Below are positions 41,794 to 52,051 of a stretch of DNA of 64,000 bases, one piece after another. The position numbers were made by a program, and so were the translations under genes. The notes below the pieces were generated by a model. The model made no database searches. It had not been told where the DNA came from and saw nothing but the letters and a program-made list of their open reading frames with translations. The stretch is from the NCBI GenBank assembly GCA_021850605.1, contig JAJZLQ010000081.1, positions 13,679 to 77,678 of the forward strand, given 5' to 3'. How positions within the stretch are numbered: position 1 is the first letter of the stretch; each line of letters begins with the position of its first letter. The DNA is from Actinomycetes bacterium (GTDB taxonomy: Bacteria > Actinomycetota > Acidimicrobiia > Acidimicrobiales > Acidimicrobiaceae).

Positions 41794-43496
41794 CGCTGTC
41801 CTTTTAGCATTGGCAGGTCGATGCCGGTCTCCTCTGCTGTCCGGATTGCGAGCTCGTATCCCGCATCCGCATGGCGCATTACGCCGGTGGCCGGATCGTT
41901 GAAGAGCACGCGGGCCAGCCGCTCGTCAGCGGCCTCGCTGCCATCGCAGACGATGACCACCCCGGAGTGCTGGCTGAATCCGATGCCTACGCCTCCTCCG
42001 TGGTGCATGGAGACCCAAGTGGCTCCGCCCGCGACGTTCAGCATCGCGTTGAGGAGTGGCCAGTCGGCCACGGCGTCGGAGCCGTCGGCCATGGCCTCGG
42101 TCTCACGGTTCGGGCTCGCGACCGAGCCGGTGTCCAGGTGGTCTCGCCCGATTACGATCGGGGCACTCAGCTCACCTCGCCGCACCATCTCGTTGAAGGC
42201 AAGTCCAAGGCGGTAGCGGTCATTGACTCCCACCCAGCAGATTCGCGCGGGAAGCCCCTGGAAGTGAATGCGATCACGGGCCATGTCGAGCCAGTGGTGC
42301 AGGTGTGGATCATCCGGGATGAGCTCCTTCACCTTTTCGTCGGTCCGGTAGATGTCCTCGGGGTCGCCGGAGAGGGCGACCCAGCGGAAGGGGCCGTATC
42401 CCTGGCAGAAGAGGGGACGGATGTAGGCGGGGACGAAGCCGGGGAATGAGAATGCCCGCTGCACGCCCATTTCGAAGGCGACCTGGCGGATGTTGTTGCC
42501 GTAGTCGACGGTGGGGATCCCCTCGTCGGCGAAACGGACCATGTACTCGACGTGCTCGGCGATCGACCGCCTCGCCGCCGCAATGACGGCTTGTGGGTCT
42601 TCGGCCTGCATGTGGCGCCACTTGGCCAGGTCCCATCCCTGGGGAAGATAGCCGTGCAGCTGGTCGTGTGCACTCGTCTGGTCGGTCACTGCGTCGGGGC
42701 GTATTCCGGCCGCGTAGATTTCCTTGATCACGTCCGCCGCGTTGCCGAGCACCGCCACCGAGACCGCCCTGCCCTGCTCGTGGGCGCGGTTGATGACCGC
42801 CAGCGCCTCTTCCAGGCTGTGGGCCTGGGTGTCAAGGTAGCCGCTCTGCAGACGCATCTCAATCCGGGAGGGGTCGCACTCGATGGCGAGCATCGAAAAG
42901 CCCGCCATGGTAGCCGCCAGAGGCTGGGCGCCGCCCATGCCCCCGAGCCCGGCGGTGAGGATCCACCTTCCCGAGGCGTCACCCCCGAAGTGCTGGTTGG
43001 CCATGGCGTAGAAGGTCTCGTACGTGCCTTGCACGATGCCCTGGCTGCCGATGTAGATCCAGCTCCCGGCGGTCATCTGGCCGTACATCATCAATCCCTT
43101 GCGGTCGAGTTCGGCAAAGTAGTCCCAGTTGGACCAGTGGGCAACGATGTTCGAATTGGCGATGAGAACCCGGGGCGCGCCGGCATGTGTGCGAAAGATC
43201 CCCACCGGCTTACCGCTTTGCACCAACAGGGTCTGATCCGGCTGGAGGCGCCGCAGCGAGGCGAGGATCTCGTCGTAGCACTCCCATGTACGGGCCGCCC
43301 GTCCTATGCCGCCGTAGACCACCAGATCGGAGGGATGTTCGGCCACCTGGGGGTCGAGATTGTTCTGGATCATGCGGTAAGCGGCCTCGATCTGCCAGTT
43401 GGCGCAGGTGAGCTGCGTGCCTTTGGGCGCGTGGATCACCCGGTCCGGATCGTGACGCGGGCCCTTGGGCTGTTCCTGCACTGAATTTTCCTGCAT
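41790..43496 (-). CDS. hutU: urocanate hydratase
   Basis: [37 protein letters not shown]. Start moved to ATG 43496. Confidence 0.98.
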   Translation of the reverse strand: MQENSVQEQPKGPRHDPDRVIHAPKGTQLTCANWQIEAAYRMIQNNLDPQVAEHPSDLVVYGGIGRAARTWECYDEILASLRRLQPDQTLLVQSGKPVGIFRTHAGAPRVLIANSNIVAHWSNWDYFAELDRKGLMMYGQMTAGSWIYIGSQGIVQGTYETFYAMANQHFGGDASGRWILTAGLGGMGGAQPLAATMAGFSMLAIECDPSRIEMRLQSGYLDTQAHSLEEALAVINRAHEQGRAVSVAVLGNAADVIKEIYAAGIRPDAVTDQTSAHDQLHGYLPQGWDLAKWRHMQAEDPQAVIAAARRSIAEHVEYMVRFADEGIPTVDYGNNIRQVAFEMGVQRAFSFPGFVPAYIRPLFCQGYGPFRWVALSGDPEDIYRTDEKVKELIPDDPHLHHWLDMARDRIHFQGLPARICWVGVNDRYRLGLAFNEMVRRGELSAPIVIGRDHLDTGSVASPNRETEAMADGSDAVADWPLLNAMLNVAGGATWVSMHHGGGVGIGFSQHSGVVIVCDGSEAADERLARVLFNDPATGVMRHADAGYELAIRTAEETGIDLPMLKGQR

Positions 43497-43527
43497 CTGG
43501 TGTCTCTCTTCCTGATCGGGACAGGGT

Positions 43528-44235
43528 TCAAAAGTCTCCGGTGAATTCGAACCGGCTGGCGGGATGATATAACTCGGCGACCGTGACGGTCGTGGTGGGG
43601 GAGAAGGTTCTGCGCCACAACACCAGGACCGGTTCGTGCGGCGCCAGGCGAAGCGTCCTGGTGATCGAGTCGCTCGGCGCCTCGGCACGGATCCGGTACT
43701 CGGCCCGTTGCAGAGGAGCGACCTGCAGGAGGTAGTTCGTCGGGGTGACGGAGGTGAAGTCCTGATCGAGGTATCCGCGGGCGGCCGCGGGGTTAACCAG
43801 GCGGCGCTCGAGCTGGATCGGCACCCCGTCCTCGAGGTGGAGCATCTCGGTGGAATAGGCCTGCTGCCCGGGCTCCATGCCCAACTCCGCCGCTTGTGAC
43901 TGGTTCAGGGTCACTACCCCGGAGGTGAGCAGCTCGGCCCGATAGGCATGGCCGCGCGCCATCACATCGCTCCTGATGTCGCGGATCTCGACCAGAGTCG
44001 AGCCGTAGCGCGCCTGAGAGACGAAGGTTCCGGATCCCTTTACCCGGTGGAGAACTCCTTCATGGACCAGGTCCACCACGGCCCGGTTGGCCGTCATGCG
44101 CACCACGCCGAAGAGTCGCGCCAGCTCGTTTTCCGAAGGGACCCTGTCTCCCGAGCGGAGCCTCCCTTCCCCGATCTCGCCTAGCAGGAAGGACTTGATC
44201 TGCTCGTAAACGGGTGCGTCGCCGCTGGTGCTCAC
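43528..44235 (-). CDS. hutC: histidine utilization repressor (GntR + UTRA)
   Basis: PSENEL, RMTANRA, GSGTFV, IRDI; lies inside the hut operon. Confidence 0.93.
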   Translation of the reverse strand: MSTSGDAPVYEQIKSFLLGEIGEGRLRSGDRVPSENELARLFGVVRMTANRAVVDLVHEGVLHRVKGSGTFVSQARYGSTLVEIRDIRSDVMARGHAYRAELLTSGVVTLNQSQAAELGMEPGQQAYSTEMLHLEDGVPIQLERRLVNPAAARGYLDQDFTSVTPTNYLLQVAPLQRAEYRIRAEAPSDSITRTLRLAPHEPVLVLWRRTFSPTTTVTVAELYHPASRFEFTGDF

Positions 44236-45764
44236 GCGGCCGTACCCTTGGGGAAGACGGCCAATGGTGAGAAGGCGGACACGGACCCTGCTTCGACCAA
44301 TTCCTTGGCCCGCTCGATGTCGGCCGCGAGGTAGTGATCGATGTCGTAGTGGGGGACGTGGGCCCGGATCAGCTCCATTACCGGCGCGAGGCCCGGGCTG
44401 GTGGCATAGGGCGCACGAAGATCGATACCCTGGGCTGCGGCAAGCAGCTCTATTGCGATTATGCCTGCCACGTTGGCCGCTATGTCGCCCAGCTTCCGGG
44501 CGGCGAAGGTGGCCATGGAGACGTGATCCTCCTGATTTGCCGAGGTGGGGAGGGAATCGACGGAGGCGGGGTGGGCGAGGGTCTTGTTCTCGGAGGCGAG
44601 CGAGGCCGCCGTCACGTGAGCGATCATGAAGCCGGAGTTCACGCCCCCGTCCTTGACCAAAAAGGGCGGAAGGCCCGACAGGCTTGAGTCGATGAGCAGC
44701 GCGATTCTCCGCTCAGCCAAGGCGCCGATCTCCGAAGCGGCGATTGACAGCATGTCCGCGGCGAAGGCAACCGGCTCGGCATGGAAGTTCCCTCCCGAGA
44801 GGACCTCGGTGGTGTCGGCGAAGACAAGGGGATTATCCGAGACCGAGTTTGCCTCGGTCAGCAGAGTGGCGCCTGCTGTGCGGATCACGTCCAGGCAGGC
44901 TCCCATCACCTGGGGTTGGCACCGCAGGCTGTAGGGGTCCTGCACCTTCTCACAATCCTGGTGGCTAAGCGCGATTTGCGACCCTGTCAGGAGTTGCAGA
45001 TATGTGCGGGCGGTGTCGATCTGCCCCTGGTGCCCCCTCAGGTCGTGGATGCGGGCGTCGAAAGGGACGAGCGATCCAGCGGCCGCGTCAACGGACATCG
45101 AGCCCGAAACGACGGCGGCTCCGAAGAGGCGCTCCACCTTGAAGAGTCCTGCCAGAGCGATCGCGGTGGAGCACTGGGTCCCGTTGAGAAGCGCGAGTCC
45201 CTCCTTGGCGCGCAGCGCCATTGGCTCGAGGCCCGCCAGAGCCAGCCCCTCTCGAGCCGGGCATCGCCGGCCGTCGATCCAGACCTCCCCGACGTCGAGC
45301 AGCACCGCCGCCATGTGGGCCAGCGGCGCCAGGTCTCCGGAGGCGCCGACCGAACCCTTCGACGGGATTACCGGGATCGCGCCCCGGTTGAGAAGCGCGA
45401 GTAGCGCATCGACCACCGTAGGGGTGATTCCCGAGTAGCCGCGTGCCAGGCTTGCGACCTTGAGGAGCATCATCAGGCGCACCACGGGGACGGGCAAGGG
45501 TTCGCCAATGCCGACGGCATGGGAGAGTACGAGGTTGCGCTGCAGCAGCTCCAGCTGATCGCGGGCGATACGCGTGTTTGCCAGCCGCCCGAAGCCGGTA
45601 TTGATGCCGTAGGCGGCGTCCCCTTTGTTGGCGATCCGCTCGACTGCGGCCGCGCCCGCCGCTATTGCGGTTTCTGCGGCGGGGTCGAGTTCCGCACCTT
45701 CGACTTCGAAGTAGGCCAGGCGCAACTCGTCAAGTGTCAACGAACCCGGTTTAATGGTGATCAT
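44232..45764 (-). CDS. hutH: histidine ammonia-lyase
   Basis: [11 protein letters not shown] motif ASG (GASGDLAPL), [22 protein letters not shown]. Confidence 0.98.
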   Translation of the reverse strand: MITIKPGSLTLDELRLAYFEVEGAELDPAAETAIAAGAAAVERIANKGDAAYGINTGFGRLANTRIARDQLELLQRNLVLSHAVGIGEPLPVPVVRLMMLLKVASLARGYSGITPTVVDALLALLNRGAIPVIPSKGSVGASGDLAPLAHMAAVLLDVGEVWIDGRRCPAREGLALAGLEPMALRAKEGLALLNGTQCSTAIALAGLFKVERLFGAAVVSGSMSVDAAAGSLVPFDARIHDLRGHQGQIDTARTYLQLLTGSQIALSHQDCEKVQDPYSLRCQPQVMGACLDVIRTAGATLLTEANSVSDNPLVFADTTEVLSGGNFHAEPVAFAADMLSIAASEIGALAERRIALLIDSSLSGLPPFLVKDGGVNSGFMIAHVTAASLASENKTLAHPASVDSLPTSANQEDHVSMATFAARKLGDIAANVAGIIAIELLAAAQGIDLRAPYATSPGLAPVMELIRAHVPHYDIDHYLAADIERAKELVEAGSVSAFSPLAVFPKGTAA

Positions 45765-45772
45765 CGCAAATC

Positions 45773-45823
45773 CTGTCTATACAACCTTGCGGCAATAATA
45801 CCGAGGCAAAGTTGTCTAGGCAA
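45773..45823 (-). promoter_or_regulatory. hut promoter with two HutC-like boxes
   Basis: -35 TTGCCT (45823-45818), 17 nt, -10 TATTAT (45800-45795). Boxes TTGTATAGACAG (45773-45784) and TTGCCTAGACAA (45812-45823). Confidence 0.7.
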
Positions 45824-45969
45824 GTCTCCCGGCAAAATTCCTTCTCTTCCAGCGGTAGGGCCGAAGGTCCCTATTTCAGGGAAACCGGCGAGGTCCCCCT
45901 TCCCTGGTTTGACTCCGTGGCCGTGCCGGAGCAACATCGAAGGCGGTTGCTTCAGGTGCGGGAGGTTCA

Positions 45970-46899
45970 TTGGCTATGGCTGCGGACGGCCGAGCGGGCG
46001 GCGAGAGCCGTGCCCTGGTCTACACTTCGATTGCCACGGCTGTGCTTACCTATGGTCTGGTGGCTCTCGGAAGCACTGTCAGAGTGACCGACTCGGGTAT
46101 GGGCTGCCCGTCCTGGCCTCTCTGCTACGGCCAGCTCGGCCCGATCTTCCATTATCACCCGATCCTGGAGGAGAGCCATCGCTATTTGGCGGCCATCGTC
46201 TCCGTCTTCGTCTTCGCCACCTTGGCGCTCGCGCTTCGCTCTGGCCGCCTGCTGATGCTCCGCCGGGCGGCGAAGGTTGCCGCCGGGTTGGTCGTGTTCC
46301 AGGTCCTTTTGGGAGGCCTCACGGTGCTGGCGCGCAACGCGCCGTGGACCGTCGCGCTTCACCTGATCACCGGTCTGGTCTTTCTCGCCTCGGTGACGGT
46401 GACGGCCACCTTCGCGGTCCTGGGCAACCGCTATCGCGGTCTGGTATCCACGGCTCGAAGCTGGGGCTTTTGGTCGCTGGGCACCACTTTGGTGCTCCTC
46501 TTCTCAGGGACGCTTGTTGTCGGGTCGGGGGCAGGCGCGGTCTGTCCGACATGGCCGGTCTGTTTCGGGAACGGACCGGGTCGCCTGACATTCATCGCGC
46601 TATTGCACAGAGTTGTCATGGGGACCGCGGGCGTGCTGATCGTAACCTTCCTGTTGCGAGCCTGGCGCGATGGGGACAAGGGTTGGCGCCTGCGCTCGGT
46701 GTTCCTGATGGCGTTGTTGGGCCTGGTGGCTCTGATCGGCGCCGCCGTCGCCATAAGCAAGTCGGCCCCCTCTTGGGCTGATGTGCACCTCGCGGCGGCG
46801 GCACTCCTCTGGATCACGCTCGTGGTGCAAACCTTCACCCTTGGGGCGGCCCCAAGGTCGGTGGAGGCGGATACTCCCGTGGTTCAGGAGGCACGCTAG
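45970..46899 (+). CDS. ctaA: heme A synthase (COX15/CtaA)
   Basis: GMGCPSWPLC, EESHR, second Cys pair CPTWPVC, conserved His residues in TM helices. Confidence 0.88.
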   Translation: MAMAADGRAGGESRALVYTSIATAVLTYGLVALGSTVRVTDSGMGCPSWPLCYGQLGPIFHYHPILEESHRYLAAIVSVFVFATLALALRSGRLLMLRRAAKVAAGLVVFQVLLGGLTVLARNAPWTVALHLITGLVFLASVTVTATFAVLGNRYRGLVSTARSWGFWSLGTTLVLLFSGTLVVGSGAGAVCPTWPVCFGNGPGRLTFIALLHRVVMGTAGVLIVTFLLRAWRDGDKGWRLRSVFLMALLGLVALIGAAVAISKSAPSWADVHLAAAALLWITLVVQTFTLGAAPRSVEADTPVVQEAR

Positions 46900-47942
46900 G
46901 AACCGGCCAGCGCCTTCAACACCGCTTCCACGTCAGCGATGGTGTTGTACAAGTGGAACGACAGCCGCAGGCGCCCTCCGCGGTATGCGGCCGAGACACC
47001 CTCGGCAAGGAGGCGTTCCTCGGGCACGTCGCTGGTGATACTAACTATGGCGCTGTTGTTTTCCGGAATGCCGACACCATCGCAGAAAGCGTTCCCGAGG
47101 GCCACGTTGTGGCGGCGGATTTCCTCGAGATCGGCTCCGGCAAGGAGTTCGAGCGCGATAGCGGCGGCGGGCGTCGAGAGCCAGTCGGGAGAGGCCTGGA
47201 ATCCGCGTCCACCAGGCGCGAGGCGAAGTGGCGCTCCGTAAACCGTTGACCAGGGATCGTCTCCGGAATACCAGCCGGGGAAGAGGGGCTTGACCCATTG
47301 CCTGGCTGCGGGCGAAAGGGCCATAAATCCCGTGCCACGTGGTGCAAGCAGCCACTTGTAGGCGCTTGCGCCTACCACGTCGAAGCGGGAGGCACCGATC
47401 GGCAGCCAGCCCGCCGCCTGGGTCGCGTCGATGAACGTCCGCGTGCCGGTTTCCCTGGCTCTCTCGGCGAGGGCGTCGAGGTCTACGATCCGGCCATCCG
47501 CCGACTGCACCGCGGCGACGGCAACCAGGTCGGTTTGCTCGCTGATCGAATCGATCAATCGATCGAAGGGAACTCCGGCCGCCTGGATTCGTCCGGCCTG
47601 CGCTGCGGCCAGGAAGGGGAAAATGGTGGAGGTGAACTCCTCTTCCGCATAAAGCACGCGGGCGCCTTGGGGCAGCGACGCGGCGACCATGGCCGCTGTC
47701 ACCGAAAGCTGGCCGACGATGCCGACGTCGGCGACCTCGGCTCCAGCGAGTTGGGCAAAGGCTGTTCGTGCGCGGTTGACGTCCTGATCGAAGGCGGCAA
47801 CATCCTGGGTTCCATTGGCCCAGGAGCCCAAGGTGGCATGGAACGCCTCGACTGCACGCCTGGGAGGGATGCCGACGGTGGCGGTGTTCAGGAAGTGGTT
47901 GGCCGGGGAGAATTCCGACCGCAGGTCGTCGATGATGGACAA
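46896..47942 (-). CDS. class V PLP-dependent aminotransferase-like enzyme
   Basis: DATQAAG, SAYKWL (PLP Lys), RLSFHLYN. Confidence 0.88.
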   Translation of the reverse strand: MSIIDDLRSEFSPANHFLNTATVGIPPRRAVEAFHATLGSWANGTQDVAAFDQDVNRARTAFAQLAGAEVADVGIVGQLSVTAAMVAASLPQGARVLYAEEEFTSTIFPFLAAAQAGRIQAAGVPFDRLIDSISEQTDLVAVAAVQSADGRIVDLDALAERARETGTRTFIDATQAAGWLPIGASRFDVVGASAYKWLLAPRGTGFMALSPAARQWVKPLFPGWYSGDDPWSTVYGAPLRLAPGGRGFQASPDWLSTPAAAIALELLAGADLEEIRRHNVALGNAFCDGVGIPENNSAIVSITSDVPEERLLAEGVSAAYRGGRLRLSFHLYNTIADVEAVLKALAGS

Positions 47943-47987
47943 GGGGGCCTTCTTCTGGCGTGTCTCTCTGCTTCTACGGGAAAGACA

Positions 47988-48830
47988 TTAGCCCAGTGCG
48001 CCTCCCAGCACGGAGGCGAGCATGGATGGGGACTCCGGCAGCACCTGGACGGCGGGGATGGTAGCCCACTGGGTGTAGTTCCCGAAGCCTGAGTAGAGAG
48101 CCGTGGCGGTAAGCGATTCCTTGGGCGACCTCGCCCCTGGCAGCGGGGCATTGATGGAGATGCGGCTCACCAGACCGTTGGAGCCAACCCAGACGCTGAC
48201 CTTGGCCGTCTTTACGGGAGGTATCCCAAGGGCTGCCAGGTCCGCACCCGCTTTGCCCGCTGGCAGCGAGAGCGAAACCGAGTAGGCCTCGGTGCCCGAC
48301 GGCGCACCGCGCGCCCGCGTCACGCCGTTGAGTTGGCCAAGTTTCAGCATCGAAAGGAGGGCCGTAGGCTGCGAGGCGACTCCGGCAGCCATCTCGCCCG
48401 CGTTTCCACTTTGCTCCAAGGCGGCGAGCATCTGCGAATAGCTGACGGACACGTAGTGGATCCCAGAGGGGACGAAAGCCTTGAGCGAGGGCGGGACCGT
48501 CACATACAGGGTGGAACCGACGACTGCCAGCTGCACAGTCTGCTTTAGCGGAGCGGTCGCGATTAGGGCGACGTTGTTCAAGTACTGCTTCCCGCTTCCC
48601 GAGTAGCCCGCCTTGGCGCTCAACGCCATGCTGGTGGTGCTGCCCGAGGCCACCGTTTCGCTCGAGAGCACCTCAGCCGCTGGGGTGGCCTCGGTGGCGG
48701 CCACGGCCTTCTCGAGCTTGGGCTGCAGCGAGTTGTGGGTGCCGGCGGACGACGAGCCGCCGCAGGCGGCCGCGACCGTTGCAACGGCGAAGAGGGCGGC
48801 TGCGGTGCCGGCCGAATTCAGGCGACTCAT
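47988..48830 (-). CDS. lipoprotein, possibly LppX/LprAFG-like
   Basis: Lipobox VAAA-C then GGSSS; beta-rich body; KVSVWVGSNGLVSRI. Confidence 0.6.
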   Translation of the reverse strand: MSRLNSAGTAAALFAVATVAAACGGSSSAGTHNSLQPKLEKAVAATEATPAAEVLSSETVASGSTTSMALSAKAGYSGSGKQYLNNVALIATAPLKQTVQLAVVGSTLYVTVPPSLKAFVPSGIHYVSVSYSQMLAALEQSGNAGEMAAGVASQPTALLSMLKLGQLNGVTRARGAPSGTEAYSVSLSLPAGKAGADLAALGIPPVKTAKVSVWVGSNGLVSRISINAPLPGARSPKESLTATALYSGFGNYTQWATIPAVQVLPESPSMLASVLGGALG

Positions 48831-48906
48831 GAGTGGCCTCCTCGGGCTCAATGGCTTGAGAACGAGGATATCAGGGGGTATTTTCGCCTGGTCGTCACCA
48901 TTCCGC

Positions 48907-49716
48907 TTAGCTTTCGGCGTGCTTGCCCATGATCGGGGCAACGTATGCCTCGCAGTAGTAGGGAATCGATACGACCCCGTTCTGGTCTGCCCTCAGGCGC
49001 AAATGCTCCACGGCTTCCTCGATCACTGCAGCCCTGGTGTCGGGCGGCAAGGTGGAAACATGGCTGAAACTTTGGACCAGGCTCCTCGCCCCTTCGAGAT
49101 CGACCCGATGCTCGAAGGTCGCTTTGCGGAGGGTGAATGGGCCGAAACAGCCTGTTGCGGAGATCTCCTCGGCCACTTCGCGATCGACGGTCCCAACCGC
49201 GTAAGCACGCGTGATCCGGTCGAACTGGGCCACCCAGTCGACCTCCAGGGAGCGATGATTCCAAAGGAGCGCCAGCTCCCCGCCGGGCCTCAGCACGCGG
49301 CGGATCTCTTGGGCCGCGGGCTTGAGGTCGAACCAGTGCGCTGCCTGGCCGGCGATAACCAGGTCGAAGTGTTGGTCGGGGAATGGCAGGTGCTCTGCAC
49401 GGGCCACGACTGCGGGAGTTGCGGGAAGGGCCCCGCGTAGCTCTTGGAGCATTTGACGATCGAGGTCCGTGGCAACAAGGGAGGCGAGACCAAAAGAGAC
49501 CAGCGTGCGGGTCAGGAGGCCGGTTCCCGCGCCGAGCTCCAACACGTCGGTGCCGCTGCGTACGATATCGGCGACCAGGGTTTCGGGGTATCGGGGCCGG
49601 GCTGCCGCATACTGGTGGGCTACGGCTCCGAAGCTGCGGCCGAGCCTGTCCTTCAGCCCTCCTTGCGCGTGGTCGTCGTGTCCTGCTGGCACCGGATAGA
49701 GATTAGCTGGGTGCAT
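48907..49716 (-). CDS. class I SAM-dependent methyltransferase
   Basis: YAAARPRYP, LELGAGTG, FDLVIAGQAAHWF, RVLRPGG. Confidence 0.9.
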   Translation of the reverse strand: MHPANLYPVPAGHDDHAQGGLKDRLGRSFGAVAHQYAAARPRYPETLVADIVRSGTDVLELGAGTGLLTRTLVSFGLASLVATDLDRQMLQELRGALPATPAVVARAEHLPFPDQHFDLVIAGQAAHWFDLKPAAQEIRRVLRPGGELALLWNHRSLEVDWVAQFDRITRAYAVGTVDREVAEEISATGCFGPFTLRKATFEHRVDLEGARSLVQSFSHVSTLPPDTRAAVIEEAVEHLRLRADQNGVVSIPYYCEAYVAPIMGKHAES

Positions 49717-49741
49717 CGTTGGCGCCTCGGCAGCCGGGGCG

Positions 49742-50215
49742 CTAGCCGAGAAGGGCGCCTATGTCGTTCTCCACCGCGTTTATGTCGAAGGTTATTTGGG
49801 TGCCGGTCTGCGAAGCTGCCGCCTGGGCCGTAGTGGATCCCTGCACTGCCAGAAGGCAGTCTTTAGCGAAGCTGTTGGAATCCGAGACTGTCGCACCCCA
49901 GTCCTTGGCGAGCGGCTGCGCGCCAGGTTGAGGCTGCTGCTGCATCCTGGTTGTGTCGGATTCAAGCTTGGTGCACTGTGACTTGGCCACGGCGAATTGC
50001 CCCGAGCTCAGTGCGTTGGCCGAAGCCTGGTAGTCGGCTTGGAGCTGCTTTACGTCGGCCATTCCGTATTTCTCGATCCAAGAGGCGACGTTGATCGCCC
50101 GGATCTCCGCTGCCGACTGCGACCCGCACGATGCCGCCACCAGGGAAAACGAGCCTAGGGCGAGCGTTGCTGCCACTTGAAGGAGCATCCTGGTTCGGCC
50201 GACCTGGAGTTTCAT
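49742..50215 (-). CDS. hypothetical lipoprotein
   Basis: Lipobox VAAS-C; helical body; no family recognised. Confidence 0.6.
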   Translation of the reverse strand: MKLQVGRTRMLLQVAATLALGSFSLVAASCGSQSAAEIRAINVASWIEKYGMADVKQLQADYQASANALSSGQFAVAKSQCTKLESDTTRMQQQPQPGAQPLAKDWGATVSDSNSFAKDCLLAVQGSTTAQAAASQTGTQITFDINAVENDIGALLG

Positions 50216-50317
50216 GCCCCCAACATACCGGCGAATGACGACTTCGCGGGGCATCTTTGGCAACGCCTAGCGTGTTTCGCCCAGGCCGTCTCGGTGCGGG
50301 CGCGCGCGTATTCATGA

Positions 50318-50362
50318 CCAAGTCGCCACGCGGGGTAACTGCATCCAAGTCGCCACGCGGGG
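50318..50362 (+). repeat. 18-bp direct repeat x2
   Basis: CCAAGTCGCCACGCGGGG at 50318 and 50345. Confidence 0.9.
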
Positions 50363-50507
50363 AGTTTGGGTCGAAAGTCCCTATTTGGGGTTCGGCGTGA
50401 GTGACAACCGTTTCATATCCATGGGCCGCTCGTCCCTTTGCTGTTTGAATCCGTGCTGCGAAAATCATGCGGTGAGCCGGATTTCTCGGCGCAACGAAAG
50501 GGTTGAG

Positions 50508-51104
50508 ATGCAGAGACGGGTATTTGATACGCTGATGAGCTTGGCGGGTTTGGTCATGGTTGTGGTCCTACTCGTTGCCGGGTCACTACTTCTGGTGGGA
50601 GCCAACTTCGCCAATTCCAACGTTCATGACCAGCTGGCCGCCCAGCAGATCTACTTCCCCACCAAGACCGCATTCGAGCATGCGAAGGCGGGCACTGAGA
50701 TCACTCCAGGGATGATCCCCTACCTGGAAAAGTACGCAGGACAGCAGCTTCTGACCGGTGCGCAGGCAGAGGCCTACGCCAACCACTTCATCTCCGTTCA
50801 TCTTTCCGAGATGCCCTATGGTGGCGTTTACTCGAAGATAAGTGCGGCCGCGATGGCCAACCCGAAGGATGCCAGCCTGCAATCCTTGGTGAACACCTCG
50901 TTCAAGGGCACCACGCTGCGCGGCCTGCTGCTTGAGGCCTATGCATTTTCGGTCTTCGGGCAGATCGCCCTTTGGGCGGCCATCGCAGCCTTCATCCTGG
51001 CGGTCGTCATGCTCTTCCTGGTGATCTTCGGCTTTGCTCACGCTCGCCGGGTTCCCGCGGAGGTGACCATAGGCCAGGCGAAGCGCGAGTTGGTGAACGC
51101 CTGA
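50508..51104 (+). CDS. hypothetical 2-TM membrane protein
   Basis: RBS GAAAGG; TM - extracytoplasmic loop (QQIYFP...AYANHFI...TLRGLLL) - TM. Confidence 0.75.
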   Translation: MQRRVFDTLMSLAGLVMVVVLLVAGSLLLVGANFANSNVHDQLAAQQIYFPTKTAFEHAKAGTEITPGMIPYLEKYAGQQLLTGAQAEAYANHFISVHLSEMPYGGVYSKISAAAMANPKDASLQSLVNTSFKGTTLRGLLLEAYAFSVFGQIALWAAIAAFILAVVMLFLVIFGFAHARRVPAEVTIGQAKRELVNA

Positions 51105-51240
51105 CCCTGGCGCCCGTGAGGCGTGCGCCAGGAATGGCCGGAAGGCCGGTGGACAAGGACCCGGAGCTCGATTCTCCGGGTCCTTTGCCTTGTGGCCCCT
51201 CTGCCCACGCATTTGGAAGAAATATCGTATAATAAGATGA

Positions 51241-52005
51241 ATGGATGTTGGCCGGCTGCCTGAGGGTGACGATAGGAGCCTCTGCGATCGTGTTGTGCGC
51301 GAACTCGGCTCAGCGATCGTGCGCGAGGAATTAGCGCCAGGTGGATGGTTTTCCACCGAGGCCGCTCTGGGCGAGCGCTTCGGCGTGAGCAGAAGCGTGA
51401 TTCGCGAGGCCCTGAAGCGCCTGGAGGGCAAGGGCCTGGTGGAGGCCAAGCCCAAACGAGGGATCATGGTCCTCCCGCGAGATCGCTGGCACCTACTGGA
51501 TCCCGAGGTTGCCTCCTGGCGTTATCGGGAGCTCCGTGAACCGCGGCTCCTACTCGAACTGGTGGGCTTCCGCGAGGTGATCGAACCTGCGCTCGCGGCT
51601 GCCGCCGCCTTGCAGGCAGACGAAAACGATGTGAACCAACTCCGCGAATTGGCCATTGCCATGCGGGAGGCAGGGTCGAGAGCGGCCGAGCTAATCAAAG
51701 CCGACCGTGCCCTGCACCGCGCCGTAGCCCGGATTGCCGGCAACAGCCTCATGTATGCCGCTTTCGCGGCCCTCGAGCCGGGGATGGCCGAGCTCCGTAG
51801 CGTCGGCTCGGAGTCGCGCCTGCGCGGTCCGGGCCACAACGAGGATCATCACCTGCTGGTGGAAGCGATTGCCAACGGCCAGCCCGAGCTTGCGAGGGAG
51901 ACGATGGCACGTATCGTCCACGCTTCACGCCTGCAGGTGATGGAGTTCTTCGACCGGAGCCGGCTGGGCAGCCGGCGAAGCACGTCACGGGGCGGGATGG
52001 TCTGA
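51241..52005 (+). CDS. FadR/GntR-family regulator
   Basis: FGVSRSVIREAL, GLVEAKPKRG, FCD domain; TATAAT just upstream. Confidence 0.92.
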   Translation: MDVGRLPEGDDRSLCDRVVRELGSAIVREELAPGGWFSTEAALGERFGVSRSVIREALKRLEGKGLVEAKPKRGIMVLPRDRWHLLDPEVASWRYRELREPRLLLELVGFREVIEPALAAAAALQADENDVNQLRELAIAMREAGSRAAELIKADRALHRAVARIAGNSLMYAAFAALEPGMAELRSVGSESRLRGPGHNEDHHLLVEAIANGQPELARETMARIVHASRLQVMEFFDRSRLGSRRSTSRGGMV

Positions 52006-52051
52006 GGCCTTCGGGGCGCGTCGGGCGGGTCGTCATTTTCAAGGGGGGCAA

